The notes beneath the pieces were generated by a model that was not told the origin of the DNA, did no database searches, and saw nothing but the letters and a program-made list of their open reading frames with translations. Of a stretch of DNA of 64,000 nt, positions 61,700 through 64,000 are shown in pieces; position 1 is the stretch's first letter; the number at the start of each line of letters is the position of its first letter. Position numbers and translations under genes: made by a program. Origin of the DNA: Promethearchaeia archaeon (GTDB lineage Archaea; Asgardarchaeota; Lokiarchaeia; Sigyniarchaeales; SOKP01); NCBI GenBank assembly GCA_029856145.1, contig JAHQWK010000023.1:47999-111998 (forward strand), in the 5' to 3' direction.

Positions 61700-61778
61700 T
61701 ATAGAATGGAGGAATATTGGTTTAGTAGTAGCTTCGTCTGGAAGTAGTTTATCTAACCCAACTCCTCCTTTTTCTATA
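61700..61778. other. Long imperfect intergenic hairpin
   Basis: TATAGAA/TTCTATA, GGAGGA/TCCTCC, TTGG/CCAA, TTAG/CTAA and CTTC/GAAG nested pairs. Confidence 0.45.
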
Positions 61779-61952
61779 TTTAGATTTAAAATTAATTTTT
61801 TTATGGAAATTATATGAGGTATAGACAAATTATCTACCCTGAAAAAATCTGAATTATCTAAATAACTGTAGATTAGGAACTAGTTTTAAAAAAAAAAAAA
61901 AGATTTTGAAAAATATTTTTTATCTGATCTGATTGACGCTGTGTGTTAGGAC

Positions 61953-62612
61953 CTATATTCCCCAGGATCTTGTCAAATAGGCTGCAGGACCAATCGGTAA
62001 TTCCACTGAACCCATTGGCGTTTCAACTATAATACCGCATAATACCCCAACAAGAGCCCATGGAGGATCAGTAAAAACTTCAGGATTTGTGCTGGGATGT
62101 TCTATACAATATTCACCTGTAGTGCTCAGCATCATTATCATCGGTGTTGATACGTATTTACCCTCAGTATTTGGCATAGTTATTGGAAACGTTCTTCGAT
62201 ATAATAGATCCAAATCGGTGTCAGTAGTTTTATACATTCCCTCACCCATGACGAACCAAACGTTAATAAACCAGACCTGAAAGATAGGGCAGAAAAAATA
62301 ATAATCGGTTTGTACAAGTATTCCCTCTGTAAGCATTCCGTTCATCGCATACACTTTTTTACCTGATTCATCATAGATTCTTTGATGGAACACTGCTTTC
62401 GCTGATGGGGGCTCACCGTTTTCACCGTATTTAATCTTCCCTATGATAAGATCAGTGGCATTAATATCCATATCATCACCTATTGCCATGAATAAGACGC
62501 GATCAGAGCCACAAGCGTTCACTGTTGTAACAAGTGCGAAGATAGATATTAAAAATGTTGCTGCGATCAGTGTTTTAGACACTTTTGATTTCTTTTTCAT
62601 CACTATTTTCAC
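61953..62612 (-). CDS. Secreted or membrane-anchored hypothetical protein
   Basis: Basic N-terminus plus a hydrophobic signal segment (MKKKSKVSKTLIAATFLISIFALVTTVNA); beta-rich remainder. Confidence 0.7.
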   Translation of the reverse strand: MKIVMKKKSKVSKTLIAATFLISIFALVTTVNACGSDRVLFMAIGDDMDINATDLIIGKIKYGENGEPPSAKAVFHQRIYDESGKKVYAMNGMLTEGILVQTDYYFFCPIFQVWFINVWFVMGEGMYKTTDTDLDLLYRRTFPITMPNTEGKYVSTPMIMMLSTTGEYCIEHPSTNPEVFTDPPWALVGVLCGIIVETPMGSVELPIGPAAYLTRSWGI

Positions 62613-62843
62613 CTTAAATGTATTTATTTATTCAACTCTTTTTTTTTAATTTTAAGATTATCATCCTTAAGATGATTAATTAAAGGTTGAGATATAGTTG
62701 CATTTATAATTGAGCTTCCGATAGTTCCATGATAGTTTCGGTTTTTTATGGAAGTTCTGTGAAATAGATATAAATAGAAAAGAGCTCTTCTTCTAACATT
62801 TAGATTATCAAATAATTTTTTACTAAAAATAAAAAAAAAATGG

Positions 62844-63944
62844 TTAGAAAACTTCAGCATAAAAATAGACCATGATTATAATAGCACCAAAACCACCAAC
62901 AAGAAAAGCCCATAAACCTTGAGTGAATAAGCATTCCCAGTAACCAATATTTAATATTGAATTGGAACTCATTACACCCCAAAACGCCAAATTAATAGCC
63001 AAGGCTAAGAGAAAGGTGATTACCGCCCAGATAGTAAAAATTATTAATCCCTTTTGAGCTCCTTCATTCACGCTATAGCTTTTATAAGATTTTGATAAAC
63101 GACGCATCTTTTTCTTCAACCGCTTAAGCTCCTGTTTTGGAAACCATTTTTTTGGTCCGAAGTGGATTATTTTGTAAGTAGCTTTAGTGTAAATGGTGAA
63201 TTTTTCAATTGGATTTTTCGCAATGTTAATGTGTTTCAACGTATTAGGCAAATCTAAGGTATAAAATTCCTTTAATTGGTTATTATCAAGAGTAAGCTTC
63301 TTTAATTTTTGAAAATTTTTAATTTTTTCAATTTTTTGGATCTTATTATCACTCAGCTTTAGTATCCTTAAATTCGGGAGATTCTCAATTCCCTTCATGC
63401 TTACGATTTGATTGTGAGAAAGATCCAGCTTTCTTAAACGCCAAATTTTATCAAGACCTTGAATATCAGTGATTTTATTTATGAGTTTATTACGTAATTT
63501 CAAGGATTTAAATCGTACGCGATATCGTACACCTTCAAATATTACATATTTTGCATGTGGCTCATCCTCAATTTGTTCAGAAGATAAATAGGTGGATGTT
63601 GAGGAACTTTGTTGTATATTAGACGGAATTGAATCAGGTACATTCAATGTGTTCATAAGCGTATGATATTTTTCCTCATCATGCGAAGCCTGCTTTGTAT
63701 TATCTATAAGTTGCAGCGAAAATGAGTTGCTTGAATTCAACACTGGTTTGACATCAAGTTTTTTATTCTCAGATTTTTTTAAGCATATAGAAGTAATTCC
63801 AACTACGATTACTGAGAGTGCCATAAGTACAAACGTTATTACACCAATAAGAGTTGCAGTCCAAACTAAAATAAATAGAATTAGGGTTTCCACATACCAA
63901 ATTCTTTTTGACCATGTTTCATTATTTTTTTTCATCTCTAGCAC
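62844..63944 (-). CDS. Membrane protein with a central LRR domain
   Basis: Two N-terminal TM helices, LRRs (LRKLDLSHNQI, LRILKLSDNKI, LKKLTLDNNQL), two C-terminal TM helices. Confidence 0.85.
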   Translation of the reverse strand: MLEMKKNNETWSKRIWYVETLILFILVWTATLIGVITFVLMALSVIVVGITSICLKKSENKKLDVKPVLNSSNSFSLQLIDNTKQASHDEEKYHTLMNTLNVPDSIPSNIQQSSSTSTYLSSEQIEDEPHAKYVIFEGVRYRVRFKSLKLRNKLINKITDIQGLDKIWRLRKLDLSHNQIVSMKGIENLPNLRILKLSDNKIQKIEKIKNFQKLKKLTLDNNQLKEFYTLDLPNTLKHINIAKNPIEKFTIYTKATYKIIHFGPKKWFPKQELKRLKKKMRRLSKSYKSYSVNEGAQKGLIIFTIWAVITFLLALAINLAFWGVMSSNSILNIGYWECLFTQGLWAFLVGGFGAIIIMVYFYAEVF

Positions 63945-64000
63945 CTATCTACGTCTTTATGCTTCTCCTCCTTAAAATTATTACTGTAATAGTAATTACG

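Overview
AT-rich (roughly 30% GC, estimated by eye) archaeal chromosomal segment. It is most consistent with Lokiarchaeia (Asgard): three Rab-like small GTPases, TPR-longin, wHTH-TPR, HEAT and LRR proteins, and many acyl-CoA enzymes. It carries carAB, a cytoplasmic DMSO-reductase-family pair, a thiolase, two 4-hydroxybutyryl-CoA dehydratase paralogs, pyrG, methylmalonyl-CoA mutase, an ADP-forming acyl-CoA synthetase, a secreted metalloprotease, a 2-oxoacid:ferredoxin oxidoreductase operon, the GMP synthase ATPPase subunit, PepF, and a eukaryote-like signalling cluster at about 44.5-64 kb. No rRNA, tRNA, CRISPR or transposase was seen. Main finding: pyrG is interrupted inside its P-loop by a 30-nt, stop-containing hairpin insertion (16789-16818). 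The insertion sits in a bulge-helix-bulge/loop-like fold closed by a GC-rich exon-exon helix, and excising it restores GGVMSGIGKG, so it is a candidate endonuclease-spliced mRNA micro-intron. Other findings: a circularly permuted PorB whose TPP motif is split across the termini; repeated pairing of GTPases with winged-helix regulators and TPR-longin proteins; probable ATA/ATT/CTG start codons; a duplicated structured 5' leader; a FadR-like operator; and a protein with three 148-aa repeats.
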